A DNA stretch of 61,017 bases from Actinomycetes bacterium (GTDB lineage: Bacteria > Actinomycetota > Thermoleophilia > BMS3ABIN01): contig JAJRYJ010000030.1 of the NCBI GenBank assembly GCA_024275795.1, positions 1-61,017 of the forward strand. Reading direction: 5' to 3'. The position numbers were made by a program, and so were the translations under genes. The notes beneath the pieces were generated by a model, which worked only from the letters and a program-made list of their open reading frames with translations, was not told the origin of the DNA and ran no database searches. Shown piece after piece: positions 56,524 to 61,017 of this stretch. Every line of letters begins with the position of its first letter. Position 1 is the stretch's first letter.

Positions 56524-57582
56524 ATGCATAACATTGCAGTGATGCCGGGGGACGGCACCGGGCCGGAGGTGGTCGCCGAGGGGCTGAAGGTGCTGGCGGC
56601 GGCGGCGGCGCGGTACGGATTCGAGTATGAGACCACCGAGTACGATTTCGGCGGCGACCGTTACCTGAAGACCGGCGAGACCCTGCCGGATTCGGCCATC
56701 GATGAACTCAAGGGGCACGACGCCATCTTCCTGGGGGCCATTGGCCATCCGGACGTGAAGCCCGGCATCCTCGAGCAGGGCATACTGCTGAAGGCCCGCT
56801 TCTCCCTGGACCAGTACATCAACCTGCGCCCGGTGAAGCTCTATCCCGGCGTGGAGACGCCCATCCGCGACAAGGGCCCGGAGGACATCGATTTCGTGGT
56901 GGTGCGCGAGAATACGGAAGGGCTCTACGTGGGCGCCGGCGGCTTCCTGAAGAAGGGCACACCGGACGAGGTGGCCATCCAGGAGAGCATCAACACCCGC
57001 AAGGGCGTGGAGCGCTGCGTGCGTTACGCCTTCGAGTATTGCCGCAAGCGCGACCGGGAGAAGAACCTGACCCTCTGCGGCAAGACCAACGTGCTCAATT
57101 ACTCCCAGGACCTGTGGCTGCGGACCTTCGAGGAGACGGGGCCGGATTACCCGGAGATCGAGACCGATTACGCCCATGTGGACGCCATATGCATGTGGTT
57201 CGTCAAGAACCCGGAGTGGTTCGACGTCATCGTCACCGACAACATCTTCGGTGACATCATCACCGACCTGGGGGCGATGATACAGGGCGGCATGGGCATC
57301 GCCGCCGGCGGCAACATCAACCCCGAGGGCGTATCCATGTTCGAGCCCATCGGCGGTTCGGCGCCCAAGTACACGGGTCAGAACGTCATCAACCCGCTGG
57401 CGGCCATTGCCGCGGTGCAGATGCTGCTGGAGACCCTGGGCGAGGACGAGGCGGCCGGCGCCATCGACGCGGCCATCGCCTACGTCACGGCCGGGAAGCT
57501 GGAGAGCCTGGCCGTGGGCAAAACCGGTTATTCCACCACCGAGATCGGCGACCTGGTGGCGGAGAGGGTCGGGAGCGCATAG
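56524..57582 (+). CDS. leuB: 3-isopropylmalate dehydrogenase
   Basis: [26 protein letters not shown] motifs. Confidence 0.95.
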   Translation: MHNIAVMPGDGTGPEVVAEGLKVLAAAAARYGFEYETTEYDFGGDRYLKTGETLPDSAIDELKGHDAIFLGAIGHPDVKPGILEQGILLKARFSLDQYINLRPVKLYPGVETPIRDKGPEDIDFVVVRENTEGLYVGAGGFLKKGTPDEVAIQESINTRKGVERCVRYAFEYCRKRDREKNLTLCGKTNVLNYSQDLWLRTFEETGPDYPEIETDYAHVDAICMWFVKNPEWFDVIVTDNIFGDIITDLGAMIQGGMGIAAGGNINPEGVSMFEPIGGSAPKYTGQNVINPLAAIAAVQMLLETLGEDEAAGAIDAAIAYVTAGKLESLAVGKTGYSTTEIGDLVAERVGSA

Positions 57583-57646
57583 GATATGCGGGAGCCTTTG
57601 TGGGGGCCGCGGGCGACCGCGGCAGCAAGCGTCTGAAAGGATTGTC

Positions 57647-58560
57647 ATGCCGATACCAGAGGTCGAGAAAATCTGGATGAACGGGGAGCTGGTGGACTGG
57701 CGGGATGCCCAGGTGCACCTGCTGACCCATGCCTTGCATTACGGCACCGGGGTCTTCGAGGGCGTCCGCGCCTATGACACGAAAAAGGGCACGCACGTCT
57801 TCCGGCTCAAGGACCACATGCGCCGGCTGCACCGCTCCGGCAGGCTTTATTTCATGGACCTGCCCTACACGGTGGACGAGCTGGTGCAGGCCACCAAGGA
57901 CCTGATAAAGGCAAACGGGCTGGAAAGCTGCTACATAAGGCCCATCGCCTACCGCGGTTACGGCGAGATGGGGCTGTTTCCCCTGGAGGCGACCGTGGAC
58001 GTGGCCATCGCCGCCTGGCCCTGGGGAACCTACCTGGGCGACGACGGCATCAGGCACGGCATCCGGGCGAAGATTTCTTCCTACCAGCGCATCGGGCCCA
58101 ACATGCTGCCGATGGCGGGCAAGGCCACGGGCCAGTACATCAACTCGGTGCTGGCCAAGGTGGAGGCGGTCAAGGGCGGCTACGAGGAGGCCATCCTGCT
58201 GGACCACAACGGCAAGCTCTCTGAGGGCACCGGCGAGAACCTGTTCGTGGTCAAGGACGGCGTCATCAACACGCCCCCCATGGCCTGCGACGTGCTGGAG
58301 GGCATCACCCGCGACTGCGTCTTCAGCATCGCCCGCGACGAGGGCATCCCGATGCAGGAGAAGATCATGGTGCGCTCCGAGCTTTACGGCGCCGATGAGG
58401 TCTTCCTCACGGGGACGGCGGCGGAGATAGTCCCCATCCGCGAGGTGGACGACCGCCTGCTCGGCGAGCCGGGGCCCATCACCAGGAAGATACAGGACAT
58501 CTTCTACAGCATCATCAAGGCGGAGAACGACAGGTACGAACACTACCTGGACTGGGTTGA

Positions 58561-58564
<4 letters not shown>
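57647..58564 (+). CDS. ilvE: Branched-chain amino acid aminotransferase
   Basis: IWMNGELV.W..A.VH...H.LHYG..VFEG.R, class IV aminotransferase. I prefer the ATG at 57647 over the ORF-track start at 57407, which overlaps leuB. Confidence 0.93.
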
Positions 58565-60147
<1,583 letters not shown>

Positions 60148-60150
60148 GGG

Positions 60151-60822
60151 ATGACGGCGGAGCTTGGCAATCGCAGTTCGGGCCTATCTCGCCTGGGCCT
60201 GCCCTCCAAGATCATCGCCGTGGGCCTCAATTACCGCTCTCATGCCAGAGAGCTGGACATGGCCATTCCCGAGGAACCGATACTGTTTCTCAAGCCCCCC
60301 TCTGCCGTCATCGGCCCCGATGAGGCGATAGTGCTGCCGGCCGGTGTTGGCCGCGTCGATTACGAGGCGGAGCTGGCAGTGGTAATCGGTAAGACGGCCC
60401 GCAACGTGACTCCTGAGGCTGCTGCTGAATACATCGCCGGCTATACCTGCGCCAACGATGTCACCGCCCGCGACCTGCAACAACGGGACGGCCAGTGGAC
60501 CCGCTCCAAGAGCTTCGATACCTTCTGCCCCCTGGGGCCAGAGGTTGCGCCCGAGGCGCCGGAGCCGGAGGCGCTGGTGGAGCTGCTGCTCAACGGCGAG
60601 GTGCGCCAGAGCGCACCGGTGTCCGACATGATCTTCCCGCCCCTGGAGCTGGTCTCGTTCATATCCGGCGTGATGACACTGGAGCCGGAGGACGTGATCA
60701 TTACCGGCACTCCGCCCGGCGTGGGGCCGTTGGCAGCTGGTGATTCGGTTACTGTGAGGATAGGGGGGGTGGGGGAGCTGATCAATTCGGTTGAAGCGGC
60801 GCCAAATGAGGCAGACTGGTGA
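60151..60822 (+). CDS. Fumarylacetoacetate hydrolase (FAH) family protein
   Basis: KIIAVGLNY..H..E......P.LFLKP...DYEAELAVVIGK...GTPPGVG. Confidence 0.85.
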   Translation: MTAELGNRSSGLSRLGLPSKIIAVGLNYRSHARELDMAIPEEPILFLKPPSAVIGPDEAIVLPAGVGRVDYEAELAVVIGKTARNVTPEAAAEYIAGYTCANDVTARDLQQRDGQWTRSKSFDTFCPLGPEVAPEAPEPEALVELLLNGEVRQSAPVSDMIFPPLELVSFISGVMTLEPEDVIITGTPPGVGPLAAGDSVTVRIGGVGELINSVEAAPNEADW

Positions 60823-61017
60823 ATTATGTAACATTGAATGTGATCCCGAAGGCACAAATATCATACTTTTCGCATTTCTAATTACAACCAATGGGTGATA
60901 GACAGAACAATTCTCATCTGATAAGTTCGCGCGCAGGCGTTGCCTTCCAGGAGGAAAACGTAATCTGTTAAACCAGTGTCGTGGCAGTGGCGCTCAAAAG
61001 GTGGAACTTTGAAGACA

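Overview
GC-rich, gene-dense chromosomal window that looks monoderm or Actinomycetota-like: CIRCE-controlled groESL, an NlpC/P60 hydrolase with a coiled-coil N-terminus, and frequent TAG stops. I found no rRNA, tRNA, CRISPR array or mobile element by eye. Most of the window is housekeeping: rel, recJ, an EF-G paralog, groES/groEL, two moeA genes, lysA, hpt, tpiA-gpmI-secG, aroE, hom-thrC, and leuA-leuC-leuD-leuB-ilvE-cimA. The accessory part is a large type IV pilus (T4P) locus at about 27.7-40.5 kb. It contains pilB, pilT, pilC, an embedded sigma factor, two major-pilin paralogs, and two separately terminated sets of minor pilins. Each minor-pilin set ends in a large PilX-like protein. This locus appears wired to cyclic-di-GMP at several levels. 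(a) A sequence matching the c-di-GMP-I (GEMM-I) riboswitch core, followed by an intrinsic terminator, sits directly upstream of the first pilin gene. (b) PilB carries two tandem MshEN-type c-di-GMP-binding motifs. (c) About 9 kb downstream lie two paralogous membrane proteins with a Cys-rich sensor, a GGDEF domain and an HD-GYP domain. Two genes in this circuit are interrupted by in-frame TAG codons at conserved positions: pilT, and the first GGDEF/HD-GYP paralog. TAG is clearly also a normal stop codon here. Other points of interest: a pseudopilin with a roughly 110-aa poly-acidic tail, a candidate Leu-rich leader-peptide attenuator upstream of leuA, an ApgM-like gene in the hom-thrC operon (likely an alternative homoserine kinase), a secreted CAP-domain protein with four ~98-aa repeats, and an unannotated 42-codon ORF with a RiPP-type leader motif. 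All functional calls come from motif recognition by eye; no searches were run.
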